Below, in pieces: positions 1 through 8,529 of a stretch of DNA of 32,000 nt. The notes beneath the pieces were generated by a model that worked only from the letters and a program-made list of their open reading frames with translations, made no database searches and was not told the DNA's origin. Within the stretch, counting starts at the first letter, position 1; each line of letters starts with the position of its first letter. The stretch comes from Candidatus Saccharimonadota bacterium. GTDB lineage: Bacteria; Patescibacteriota; Patescibacteriia; 2-12-FULL-60-25. The position numbers and the translations under genes are program-made. The stretch covers positions 600,001-632,000 of the forward strand of contig JALHOH010000001.1 in NCBI GenBank assembly GCA_022843095.1. Reading direction: 5' to 3'.

Positions 1-721
1 GGGGCGGCAGCGTTTCGCGACTATATCCTTCTTGGCGTGGATCAAAAACGATGCTCGCACGGCCAGAGGTTCCGAATAGTTTTCCATCGTTCGACCAATA
101 GTATGTTCCCATGGGGAGGGGAACGATGGAGGTGCTTCCCGGACGCATCCAGTATCCGTTTCCTGCGTTCGTTTCGATGAATGCGGAAGTGGTGTTTGGA
201 GACCACTGCACGCGCTTGATGGATTCAGCGGGAACGGGAATCGTGGTTGGGGTCGCCGTGTTTTGTGCAAAAACGTGTGTAGAGGTGCCGTGTGATTCGA
301 AAAACAGCAACGCTCCAGAATCCTGTGTGCTCACCCGATTAAATGCGCCGGTGCGTACACGGGATGGACGTTCGTTCTTCCACAGGCGTACGCGATCAAC
401 GAACGTAGCGTATTCGGCGCGTACATCGAGCACTTTTTCCCAGGGATGATACCCGTCACGAGCGATCAAAATGCGATGACTTCCCGGCGTAATACTGGTG
501 CGCGTTGTTGGGGTCAGTGCATCCAGACGCGTTCCATCCAGTGACACCGTTGCCCGGCGTGGGGTGGAATCCAGAATCAACGTCCCATGGTGTTCGATCG
601 TTGTTTTGTTGGGATTGTATCGGTAGCCGGAGGTATAAAAAATCAAAACGGGCGCCAGGGCAAAAAAGATGGCGACATACACCCAAGGCAGAATCCGACG
701 ATGGAACGGAGGGGCGTACAT
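1..721 (-). CDS. PEGA-domain membrane protein, N-terminal part (gene runs off the window start)
   Basis: Absent from the ORF track because it has no in-window stop. Hand translation of the minus strand from the ATG (plus-strand CAT 719-721) stays open down to base 2: MYAPPFHRRILPWVYVAIFFALAPVLIFYTSGYRYNPNKTTIEHHGTLILDSTPRRATVSLDGTRLDALTPTTRTSITPGSHRILIARDGYHPWEKVLDV... It has one N-terminal TM helix followed by a PEGA-like signature (TLILDSTP..A.V.LDG ... PGSHRILIARDGY). It supersedes ORFs 111..449(+) and 456..809(-). Confidence 0.7.
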   Translation of the reverse strand, partial: MYAPPFHRRILPWVYVAIFFALAPVLIFYTSGYRYNPNKTTIEHHGTLILDSTPRRATVSLDGTRLDALTPTTRTSITPGSHRILIARDGYHPWEKVLDVRAEYATFVDRVRLWKNERPSRVRTGAFNRVSTQDSGALLFFESHGTSTHVFAQNTATPTTIPVPAESIKRVQWSPNTTSAFIETNAGNGYWMRPGSTSIVPLPMGTYYWSNDGKLFGTSGRASIVFDPRQEGYSRETLPP

Positions 722-801
722 GGACAGGTGTTTCCATCACAGGATACACTTTGACACGATCACTCGTCACGTTTTTTCCATTTTGTCGTTTTTTCGATCG
801 T

Positions 802-2073
802 ATGCGCATGCGTATTCAGGGCGGGTCCCGGCTTCGCGGAACGGTAGAGGTTCATGGGGCGAAAAATGCGATCGGGCCACTGATCGCGGCTTCGTTGCTA
901 CTCAAAGGGCCGGTTCGGTTTACGCATGTCCCGCGGTTAACGGATGTCCTTGGGTTATTGGATATTTTGCACGGCATGGGTGCCCGCGTGGAATGGGAGG
1001 GGGAGCATGACCTGTTGTTGGATACGAAAGAGGTAGATCCATCCAAGTTGGATCGCAAAAAAATGAAGCGCATGCGGTTCAGTATTTTGTTGCTTGGACC
1101 CATGCTCGCGCGGTTTAAGAAGATCTTTGTTCCTGAACCGGGTGGGTGTTCGATCGGAAACCGTCCCATTGATACGCATTTGTTTGCGCTGGGAGAATTA
1201 GGCGCCAAAATCGAGTGCGATGCGGAAGGATCGTTGTTTCTGGAAGCGCCAACCTTGAAAGGGGCTTATGTTATCCTTCCGGAATTCAGTGTCACCGCCA
1301 CAGAGAACCTGATCATGGCCGCGGCGCTTGCACAGGGGAAGACCTCAATTCGACTTGCCGCAGCGGAGCCACATGTCCAGGAGCTTTGTCATTTTTTGAA
1401 TCATGCCGGTGCAAAGATTACGGGGATCGGTTCGCATGAATTAGAAATTACCGGGGTCAAAAGCCTCCGTGCTCCAAAGGAACTGTGGCCGGTCGTCCCG
1501 GATATGGTCGAGATCGGCACATTTGCGATCGCTGCGGCGCTCACAAAAGGAGAAGTCGACATTCATCCCGCGATTCCGGAGCATTTGGATGCGGTGTGTT
1601 CGGCGATGCGACGTATTGGGGTTCGGTTCTCGTTCACCAAGAACGGGTTGCGTGTGCAAGGTGGCGGTCGTTACAACGCCTTCAAGCTGCAGACAAATAT
1701 TTATCCAGGCTTTCCGACCGACCTCCAAGCCCCTTTTGGATTGCTGGCCACGCAGTGTCATGGAACGACCCTGATTCAAGAACCTATGTTTGAATCGCGG
1801 TTGGGGTATACGAATGAATTGGTCAAAATGGGCGCAAATGCCATCATCGCGGATCCGCATCGCGTCATCATCACGGGTCCAACCCCGTTACGAGGAACGG
1901 AGATTCGGAGTTTGGACCTGCGGGCCGGGGCGACCATGGTGCTTGCAGGATTGATCGCGGAAGGGGAGACGATTATTCACGACGCAGAAATGGTGTACCG
2001 AGGGTATGAACGGTTGGATGACCGTTTGCAGGCGCTTGGCGCATCGATCACACGGCTCGAAGACCTGGCATAA
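802..2073 (+). CDS. murA: UDP-N-acetylglucosamine 1-carboxyvinyltransferase
   Basis: In ORF 505..2073 the MurA-like part begins at ATG 802 (MRMRIQGGSRLRGTVEVHGAKNAIGPLIAASLLL). The active-site region is PGGCSIGNRPIDTHL, and the resulting length of about 424 aa fits MurA. The upstream 99 codons look non-protein-like and overlap the divergent PEGA gene. Confidence 0.95.
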   Translation: MRMRIQGGSRLRGTVEVHGAKNAIGPLIAASLLLKGPVRFTHVPRLTDVLGLLDILHGMGARVEWEGEHDLLLDTKEVDPSKLDRKKMKRMRFSILLLGPMLARFKKIFVPEPGGCSIGNRPIDTHLFALGELGAKIECDAEGSLFLEAPTLKGAYVILPEFSVTATENLIMAAALAQGKTSIRLAAAEPHVQELCHFLNHAGAKITGIGSHELEITGVKSLRAPKELWPVVPDMVEIGTFAIAAALTKGEVDIHPAIPEHLDAVCSAMRRIGVRFSFTKNGLRVQGGGRYNAFKLQTNIYPGFPTDLQAPFGLLATQCHGTTLIQEPMFESRLGYTNELVKMGANAIIADPHRVIITGPTPLRGTEIRSLDLRAGATMVLAGLIAEGETIIHDAEMVYRGYERLDDRLQALGASITRLEDLA

Positions 2074-2082
2074 CTTTTCTCC

Positions 2083-3384
2083 ATGACTATGCAAGAAACA
2101 TCAAATCATTCCATTCGCCTCTGGCTCCCACTCGTGGTCTTTGCGATATTGTGTGGGTTTGCTGGCGGGGTGTTGTATGCCCGCGCCCCAGAGCGTCGTC
2201 CGCTGTTGAACGCCACTTCTTCATCGGCGTCAGGAACGGTGGCGGGGATCGGTCAGCTGCCGCCTTCAAGCGTTGATGCAAAAGACGTGGATTTTTCGCT
2301 TTTTTGGGAGGTGTGGGCATTGATGAAGGAGAAGTATTACGATCAATCCATTTCGGATAAGGATTTGTTTTACGGAGCGCTTGCAGGCCTCGCCCAGGCG
2401 CCAAAAGATCCGTATACCACCTTTTTTCCGCCGAAAGAGGCGGAAGAATTCCAGACCTCCCTTTCGGGAAAGTTTTCCGGCATCGGGGCGGAAATTGGGA
2501 TGAAAAACGAGCAATTGCAGATCGTCGCGCCACTGCCGGAGACCCCGGCAGAAAAGGCAGGGTTGCGTCCCGGGGATTGGATCGTTAAGATAGATGGGAC
2601 GGAAACGACGGGCATGACGGTGGATAAAGCCGTGCACCTGATCCGCGGGCCGAAGGGCACAAAAGTCACCTTGAATATCTTTCGTCCGGAGGGCAAAAAA
2701 CCCCCGTTTGACGTAGAGATTATTCGTGACACGATCCAGATCTTTAGCGTGAAGTCAAAGATGCTGCCAGAACAGGTTGCCTACATTGAGGTGTCCAGTT
2801 TTGCAGAAGATACGACGTCTGGGTTCCAGAAGGCATTGCGCCAATTAATCCCTCAAAAACCCAAGGGCATTATCCTCGATTTGCGGAATAATCCCGGTGG
2901 ATTTTTGCAAACATCCGTGGAAATGGCAGGGTCGTGGGTCGGGGATCAGGTCGTTGTCAAAGAGCGGCGGCAAGGAAAGATTGTCGAGCAGCTGATGGGG
3001 GAAGGGGATGGGCGACTTTCGACCATTCCGACCGTTGTTCTCGTGAATGAAGCGTCTGCGAGTGCCGCAGAGATTGTCGCGGGCGCTTTGCAGGATTACG
3101 GGAAGGCTACGGTGGTTGGGATGAAGACGTTTGGAAAAGGTTCAGTGCAAGATTATCAAGGGCTTCCAGATGGCGCCGGTATCAAGATTACGATCGCCGA
3201 ATGGGTGACCCCGAAGGAACGCACGATCAACAAAGAGGGGCTCACGCCCGATATCGTTGTGGATCGAACGTTGGAAGATTATGAAGCAAAACGAGACCCA
3301 CAATTGGAACGCGCCATCGGCATCCTCACCGGCACGGCCACCTCGACCGCGGGGATTCCCACCTCGGCATCGAGCACCCGGTGA
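2083..3384 (+). CDS. ctpA: C-terminal processing peptidase (S41 family) with PDZ domain
   Basis: It has an N-terminal TM helix (IRLWLPLVVFAILCGFAGGVLY) and a PDZ-like segment (GIGAEIGMKNEQLQIVAPLPETPAEKAGLRPGDWIVKIDG). S41 signatures are DLRNNPGG, VLVNEASASAAEIVAGAL and KTFGKGSVQ. Confidence 0.9.
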   Translation: MTMQETSNHSIRLWLPLVVFAILCGFAGGVLYARAPERRPLLNATSSSASGTVAGIGQLPPSSVDAKDVDFSLFWEVWALMKEKYYDQSISDKDLFYGALAGLAQAPKDPYTTFFPPKEAEEFQTSLSGKFSGIGAEIGMKNEQLQIVAPLPETPAEKAGLRPGDWIVKIDGTETTGMTVDKAVHLIRGPKGTKVTLNIFRPEGKKPPFDVEIIRDTIQIFSVKSKMLPEQVAYIEVSSFAEDTTSGFQKALRQLIPQKPKGIILDLRNNPGGFLQTSVEMAGSWVGDQVVVKERRQGKIVEQLMGEGDGRLSTIPTVVLVNEASASAAEIVAGALQDYGKATVVGMKTFGKGSVQDYQGLPDGAGIKITIAEWVTPKERTINKEGLTPDIVVDRTLEDYEAKRDPQLERAIGILTGTATSTAGIPTSASSTR

Positions 3385-3394
3385 GATCGGACGC

Positions 3395-3874
3395 GTGAAA
3401 CAAGAAGCTGGCGCCGGCGGAATTATTTTTCGCCGGCGTGAAGGCGTGATTGAGTTTTTCTTCGTGAAGCACGGAAAAACCGGGCGCTGGACCTTTCCGA
3501 AAGGCCACCAGGAATTGGGGGAAACCTTGATTGAAACGGCCATTCGGGAAATTCGCGAAGAGGCGGGACTTGAACGGTTGCGCTATGTCGCGTCGATCGG
3601 GAAGACATCGTTCCGGTATCGCCGTGAACGGGATGTGATTCAAAAAACGGTCCATTTCTTTTTGTTTGAAGCGGCTCCTGATGCAAAAGAAGTGCTGACC
3701 GGTGAAGAAGCTATTTGGGAAGCGATTTGGGTTCCAGAAACGCGGGTGTACGAAACTGTTGGGTATCAAAACCTCCGACGGTTATTGGCGCGCGCGCGGC
3801 ATGTCGTGCATCGCGATGAAGAAATTGGGGCGCATAAACTCGCCCCGCTTGCGATGCCTCCGTCCTCGTCGTAG
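3395..3874 (+). CDS. Nudix hydrolase
   Basis: The Nudix box is GHQELGETLIETAIREIREEAGL (GX5EX7REUXEEXGU). ORF 3257..3874 overlaps ctpA by 128 nt. The in-frame GTG at 3395, 10 nt after the ctpA stop, gives a 160-aa protein starting VKQEAGAGGIIFRR. Confidence 0.85.
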   Translation: MKQEAGAGGIIFRRREGVIEFFFVKHGKTGRWTFPKGHQELGETLIETAIREIREEAGLERLRYVASIGKTSFRYRRERDVIQKTVHFFLFEAAPDAKEVLTGEEAIWEAIWVPETRVYETVGYQNLRRLLARARHVVHRDEEIGAHKLAPLAMPPSSS

Positions 3875-3883
3875 GATGGAATC

Positions 3884-5344
3884 ATGACGAATCGTGTCTT
3901 GTGTGCCGCGCTTGCGGCGTGTGCATTAGGATGGGCGTTTCCCGCGCAAGCGGCGATCTTCCAAATGGCGGATGGCCGCTTTTATGATACGGCAACGGGA
4001 CGGATCGCGGGGACGCAAGAGGAATTGATGGGGCAAGTAAGCGCCGGAACTTCAACCGTGGTTATTGTGCCTGGGCAAGAATCGTTGGTTTCAACTACGA
4101 CGACGGTGGTTCCGACGCCCTATTTGGATGCGATCGAGAATGCGCAGGCAGAACTGAACCGTCGGATTGCGAATGAGCGCCCGGCGAAGCCGGTGATCTC
4201 GACGCGTGAGGATGAATGGCGTCGTGTCACCGTCGCGGTTTGGGATCGTGCGCAGGCCACCACAACGTATCATCATGCCGAAAAAAATGGCACAAAAATT
4301 CGCTGGCTGGATGACGACGCAGAGGGACGCGTGGTGTTTGCGAATGGGGTCAATTCCACCTTCCGTTTTTCCGATCCGAACAAAGTGGTTGTCGCCATCC
4401 GCTATCCGATTTATCGGAATATCGGGACGGCAAAGAAGAAAAAATTTGAGGTGCAGGACGTGGTGTACACCCCCTATTCTCCGGCGCTCCATGTTCCTGA
4501 GGTGATTGAAGCGGGGAAGGAGCATCTCCAATCCGCATTTGATCGCGTATACGCGTCGTTAGATACGCAAGGAGTGCGTTCCTATGCGTCATCTGGTATG
4601 CCGATCACGGCGGTCGTGGATCGCAAAGCGGCGGAAGCGGTAGTTATCATTGAGCATTCTGAGACCAAGCTCGTGACACGCGATCCGGCGGAAGCGTCAG
4701 AGCGATTTTATGTAGTGCTTGGAGCAAACAAGGAGCGTTCGTATCATTATTCCAAGTCTTCAGCGGGCGCGCTTGGGATCGTGCAGTTTATGCCGACCTC
4801 CTATGAGCGGTTTGCAAATATTCGTCCGGAGCTTGGCTTACGAAGGGATGGATTCGAGACGGCGATGCGTGATCAGGATAACGCCTTAAAAGCGCAGGTC
4901 GCCTATTTGGATTACCTGATGTCCTTTTTGCCCAAGGAGTTGCGCGCGAGTTCGACGGCGGATCTCCATGAATTTGCCGTTGCGGCGTATAACGGCGGAC
5001 CATTTCGTGTGAAGCAGTCCTTGGAAGAATGGGAGGAGATTTTGGATGGGGAGCGCACCAAAAAGGCGGCAGCACTGCAGTCCAAGCGGACGGCGTTGCA
5101 GCGTGAAGCGGACGCATTGCGCAAAAAAATCTTGAACGAGGAGGATGCGGCTGTGTGGAAACCGATGCAAAAAAAGTTAAACGGCATTCGTGCACAAATA
5201 AAAGTCCTAGACGGTCAGATCGCTTCCACGAATAAAGGAGTGCTTCGACAGGAAACGATCGATTACGTTCTTAAATACCGCCATATTCAAGGGTATTTGC
5301 AGCAAGAAACCGCGGTCACGACGTATTCTTCGCAAGCGCGATAA
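3884..5344 (+). CDS. secreted lytic transglycosylase (SLT/GH23-like) with C-terminal coiled coil
   Basis: The signal peptide is MTNRVLCAALAACALGWAFPAQA. SLT motifs are ERSYHYSKSSAGALGIVQFMPTSY (E..S......S..GA.G..Q) and AVAAYNGGPFRV. The C-terminus is charged and heptad-like (KKAAALQSKRTALQREADALRKKILNEED). Confidence 0.7.
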   Translation: MTNRVLCAALAACALGWAFPAQAAIFQMADGRFYDTATGRIAGTQEELMGQVSAGTSTVVIVPGQESLVSTTTTVVPTPYLDAIENAQAELNRRIANERPAKPVISTREDEWRRVTVAVWDRAQATTTYHHAEKNGTKIRWLDDDAEGRVVFANGVNSTFRFSDPNKVVVAIRYPIYRNIGTAKKKKFEVQDVVYTPYSPALHVPEVIEAGKEHLQSAFDRVYASLDTQGVRSYASSGMPITAVVDRKAAEAVVIIEHSETKLVTRDPAEASERFYVVLGANKERSYHYSKSSAGALGIVQFMPTSYERFANIRPELGLRRDGFETAMRDQDNALKAQVAYLDYLMSFLPKELRASSTADLHEFAVAAYNGGPFRVKQSLEEWEEILDGERTKKAAALQSKRTALQREADALRKKILNEEDAAVWKPMQKKLNGIRAQIKVLDGQIASTNKGVLRQETIDYVLKYRHIQGYLQQETAVTTYSSQAR

Positions 5345-5345
5345 C

Positions 5346-5861
5346 ATGTCCCCTTTGCTCATGCAGGCACGAGTCCTTGTTTCGGAGCGGATTCCTGGAA
5401 CGCGAAAAGGAAGTGCCGAACCGGCGTATCTTCATTCTTGGCGCGTGGGTGATGCGCTTGCGCAATTTGGGTACGCCGAGGAAGTAGTTGTTGCGGGGAC
5501 GCTTCACGACGTCGTGGAGGATGGAGATGTGACGTTCGAGGATCTGCGAACGCAAGGATTTTCGTCCAAGATTGTTTCGTTAGTGGATCTATGTACTCAT
5601 GATCTTGGCTTGGAGTATGGGGATGCACGTTGGGTCAAGATGATCGCACGTCTCGTTGATGCGCAGGATGTGGACGCGTGGGCGATCAAGCTCGCGGATC
5701 TCGCGGATAATGTAAAAGGCAGTCGTACGATGCCAGAAGATCGTCGGAGGTTTATGCGTGAGGTGAAAGCACCTCTCTTGTTACGCGTCTCAGAGCCTTG
5801 GATGGGAAAAACAGCGCCTTGGTCTGCACTCGCCCAAACAATAGAAGATGGTGTACGATAG
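5346..5861 (+). CDS. HD-domain phosphohydrolase (RelA/SpoT-type HD, small alarmone hydrolase-like)
   Basis: It carries HSWRV ... AGTLHDVVEDG ... KLADLADN, the H..HD..D pattern of the (p)ppGpp-hydrolase type HD domain. It is 171 aa and single-domain. Confidence 0.7.
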   Translation: MSPLLMQARVLVSERIPGTRKGSAEPAYLHSWRVGDALAQFGYAEEVVVAGTLHDVVEDGDVTFEDLRTQGFSSKIVSLVDLCTHDLGLEYGDARWVKMIARLVDAQDVDAWAIKLADLADNVKGSRTMPEDRRRFMREVKAPLLLRVSEPWMGKTAPWSALAQTIEDGVR

Positions 5862-5867
5862 CGATAT

Positions 5868-6074
5868 ATGGCCGTCGTGCGACCCGTGTCTTCGCTCCCA
5901 ACTATGCACCGTCAGAGTACGTTAAATGCGATTTCTCAAAAAACGCATGCGTTAACGTCACGCATTGTCCATGTACAGGCAGCGGGACAGCGGTTGCAGC
6001 AAACGTTTCAGCAAACCAGCGTTTCCGCGTTATCACGATTGCAGCAGGCGCATCAAATCGTGAATAAGCTATAA
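5868..6074 (+). CDS. hypothetical small protein (Q-rich, helical)
   Basis: This is an ORF only, in the same orientation and tightly packed between neighbours. No recognisable motif was seen. Confidence 0.3.
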   Translation: MAVVRPVSSLPTMHRQSTLNAISQKTHALTSRIVHVQAAGQRLQQTFQQTSVSALSRLQQAHQIVNKL

Positions 6075-6077
6075 GCT

Positions 6078-6314
6078 ATGCACGAATCTTCATTTCGGAC
6101 AGATCGTTCGTCGGAAGCGCAAGATCGGGTTCTGACTCGGCCAGAATTGGTTCGAGAATTGGGGCACTGGGCGGGGTATGTGCACGAGTTGGACGCGCTC
6201 GCAGGCGCATTGGATCTTTCGGATCCGGAAACGTATCAACTGTTTCATGAAACGCGTGCGGGGATGCTGCGCGCGATGGATGTGTTGCACGAAGCCTTGG
6301 AGTCGGGCGTATGA
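6078..6314 (+). CDS. hypothetical small acidic helical protein
   Basis: The ORF ends in an ATGA overlap with the next gene (ATG 6311 / TGA 6312-6314), which suggests translational coupling. No family was recognised. Confidence 0.45.
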   Translation: MHESSFRTDRSSEAQDRVLTRPELVRELGHWAGYVHELDALAGALDLSDPETYQLFHETRAGMLRAMDVLHEALESGV

Positions 6315-6844
6315 CGCCTGCGCGCGCGGCGAAAGTGGCGCATATTCTAGGGCGACGACAGTCGGATGTTGCAGTCGTCTTGGAGGAGGTCCATGATCCG
6401 CATAACATTGCGGCGATTTTACGTTCCTGTGATGCGTTCGGCGTTGGCGCCGTGCATCTTTTGTATCCGTCCGGCAGGTCTCCAAAAAAGCGAGTAATGC
6501 GTTCAAAAGCGGCGGCGTCGGCGGCAAAATGGCTGAACATTCAGGTGTGGCACGATCAAGAAGCCTTGCTTGCGCAACTTAAGAAAGAAGGAAAGCGGGT
6601 CTACGGGAGTGTGTTACAAGAAGGGGCGGTGGATCCGTTGGATGCACCATTGGCTGACCCGGTTGCGATCGTGGTTGGGAATGAACATCGAGGGATCACG
6701 CCCGAACTTGCGGCACACGTGGACGGGTTTCTTCGTATCCCGATGATGGGGTTTGTGGAAAGTTTTAATGTCTCAGTCGCCACCGCGTTGCTGTTGTACG
6801 AAGTCTATCGCCAACGTGAACATGCTGGACGTATCCCCGCGTGA
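6311..6844 (+). CDS. SpoU/TrmH-family RNA 2'-O-methyltransferase
   Basis: SPOUT motifs are VVLEEVHDPHNIAAILRSCDAFGV, VVGNEHRGITPEL and IPMMGFVESFNVSVATALLLYE. Confidence 0.85.
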   Translation: MTPARAAKVAHILGRRQSDVAVVLEEVHDPHNIAAILRSCDAFGVGAVHLLYPSGRSPKKRVMRSKAAASAAKWLNIQVWHDQEALLAQLKKEGKRVYGSVLQEGAVDPLDAPLADPVAIVVGNEHRGITPELAAHVDGFLRIPMMGFVESFNVSVATALLLYEVYRQREHAGRIPA

Positions 6845-6847
6845 TGG

Positions 6848-7993
6848 TTACGCGGCGCGGAATTGCTGAGTCAAATGCTCCGCGATGCGTTTGGTAGCTT
6901 CGGTGACCTGCTGGTTTGGAAGGACACATTCCGCTCGTTCGGGCGAACCCGTTCCCTGGAAGGCGCGCACACCATCTACCGCGGAATACGGTGCAACCGC
7001 GTGCAGTGTCGCATGGACGTCCGGTCCACGCTGAACGCAGAGCAAAAACAACTTTGCATCCGGGGCGTAGGCGATAAGCTCTTCCATGATTCCGTCCAGC
7101 GGAGAGGAATATCCGGCATCGGTTGCGATTTCGTCTTCCGGGGTGACGTGCGTCCAAAATAACCCGATCGACGGATCGCTATCCAGGCGGGCAAGCGCAT
7201 GGCCCCAGAGTTTTAGTTCCTGAACCGTACGGGTGCGCCACAGGCCATGCACGATGGCTTCGCGTGCGGCACCGCGTTCGACAAGCGAAGCGGAAACGGC
7301 GAGCGTTTTTGGAGAAACGCGATGCGAGCGGAAGCCGCGGGAACGTGCGATGATGCCCGTAAGAAGCGCGGTTGCGAAAGCACCGTCAATCGACACGGGG
7401 ACCGGTTCCCATCCATCTGCCAGACGCGTCAGAATTTCGGTCGTGGCCGCCGCTTGGACGTCCACGAGGTTCAACGACCCCCACGCCTCGTTTTGTGGAT
7501 CGCAGTCGATATTCAGGGTCGGGATCCGCTGAAAAAGATCCGCGTCTTCGCGGGAAAGCGTCCCACAGGAGGCGCGATCGGGGACATCCAGTGCGATGAT
7601 GAGGTCGATAGCTTCGTCCCCGGGTTCGATGCGGACATCGCGAGTGGTCCAGGACCCTTGCTTTGGATTGACCAGGATTTCCAGATAACCGTTGACCAGG
7701 TCATACGAAAGATCCGCGACGGGCACTTGGCGGGCATCGAGGCGGATTTTGAGTCCGCGATGGGTGCTGGGGGTGGTTCGAAGAGCGTGGGTGGCCGTCA
7801 AAAATGGCGGAAGAGTCGGCAGGGTGGCCATGGGGACCACGAGTTCAAACGTTTTCCCAAGTCGTTCCAACAGATGGCTCATGGCGCAGAGCGACGCCAA
7901 CGCATCCACGGACGGGTGTTCGCGGGTAACAACGAGAATGTGTCCGGCGCGTTCAATGTGTGCGCGCGCTTGTGCGGCTAACGTGAGAGCCAT
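6848..7993 (-). CDS. DHH/DHHA1-family phosphoesterase-like protein with degenerate catalytic motifs
   Basis: The layout is NrnA-like: ILVVTREHPSVDALASLCAMSHLLERLGK (motif I region), DLIIALDVPD (motif II), and NIDCDPQNE where DHH normally sits. ATG 7993 is preferred over the TTG at 8017. Confidence 0.55.
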   Translation of the reverse strand: MALTLAAQARAHIERAGHILVVTREHPSVDALASLCAMSHLLERLGKTFELVVPMATLPTLPPFLTATHALRTTPSTHRGLKIRLDARQVPVADLSYDLVNGYLEILVNPKQGSWTTRDVRIEPGDEAIDLIIALDVPDRASCGTLSREDADLFQRIPTLNIDCDPQNEAWGSLNLVDVQAAATTEILTRLADGWEPVPVSIDGAFATALLTGIIARSRGFRSHRVSPKTLAVSASLVERGAAREAIVHGLWRTRTVQELKLWGHALARLDSDPSIGLFWTHVTPEDEIATDAGYSSPLDGIMEELIAYAPDAKLFLLCVQRGPDVHATLHAVAPYSAVDGVRAFQGTGSPERAECVLPNQQVTEATKRIAEHLTQQFRAA

Positions 7994-8146
7994 GGGAAGT
8001 CTGCCGGATCCTAGCAAGGGAGCTCGGAATGGCCTAGCAGGGTAGGCATGTGGAAGAAAAATGTCAATGCGTTGACATTTTTACGGAAAAGCCGATTTTT
8101 ATCATCAAAATAGCCAGTTTTTGTTCATCCCACTGAACAGTTTTCT

Positions 8147-8175
8147 CTTGACAGACGCGCCAATGTTCCCTACAA
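8147..8175 (+). promoter_or_regulatory. sigma70-like promoter for the zinc-finger gene
   Basis: TTGACA (8147-8152), a 17-nt spacer and TACAAC (8170-8175) lie about 45 nt upstream of ATG 8219, which has a strong SD (AAAGGAGG). Confidence 0.35.
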
Positions 8176-8218
8176 CCAATCCACGCAGGAGAAGTGGAGT
8201 GAGAAAAGGAGGTCTACG

Positions 8219-8464
8219 ATGTTTCAACCCACGAATATCGTGAAGTGTGCTACTTGCAATGGTGTATCGCCGCAACGGGAGACGTGTCGGGCGTGCAAAG
8301 GCGACGGGTACCTGTGCGGGACCTGTAAGAACACGGCCAGAATCCATGTCCCGCAGGTAGGGGATGCTCCGGCATCAGAGATCTCGTGTGGATGCCTTTT
8401 TCACGAGGACGATGTGCTCGGGAGCCCGGATTCCGCATCGGGCGCGTCCACCGCAGCGCCGTAA
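8219..8464 (+). CDS. small cysteine-rich zinc-finger protein (DnaJ-type CxxCxGxG-like repeats)
   Basis: A strong SD, GAAAAGGAGGTCTACG, precedes the ATG. The protein contains CATCNG, CRACKGDG and CGTCKN motifs, and the gene has its own promoter-like and terminator signals. Confidence 0.6.
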   Translation: MFQPTNIVKCATCNGVSPQRETCRACKGDGYLCGTCKNTARIHVPQVGDAPASEISCGCLFHEDDVLGSPDSASGASTAAP

Positions 8465-8471
8465 GGCTCAG

Positions 8472-8506
8472 AACCGCTCGACTCGAAGGGCGGTTTTCTT
8501 TTTTTT
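8472..8506 (+). terminator. rho-independent terminator
   Basis: The stem pairs AACCGC (8472-8477) with GCGGTT (8490-8495) and is followed by TTCTTTTTTTT. Confidence 0.7.
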
Positions 8507-8529
8507 GACGCTTCGATACAGTGGGACGC

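Noticed and set aside
505-801. N-terminal 99-codon extension of the murA ORF, plus ORFs 111..449(+) and 456..809(-)
   Set aside because: The extension is compositionally odd and overlaps the better-supported divergent PEGA-domain gene. MurA homology starts at ATG 802.
3257-3394. Upstream part of the Nudix ORF overlapping ctpA
   Set aside because: This 46-codon extension overlaps the ctpA 3' end in another frame and is Arg/Pro-rich. The GTG at 3395 gives a normal-length Nudix protein.
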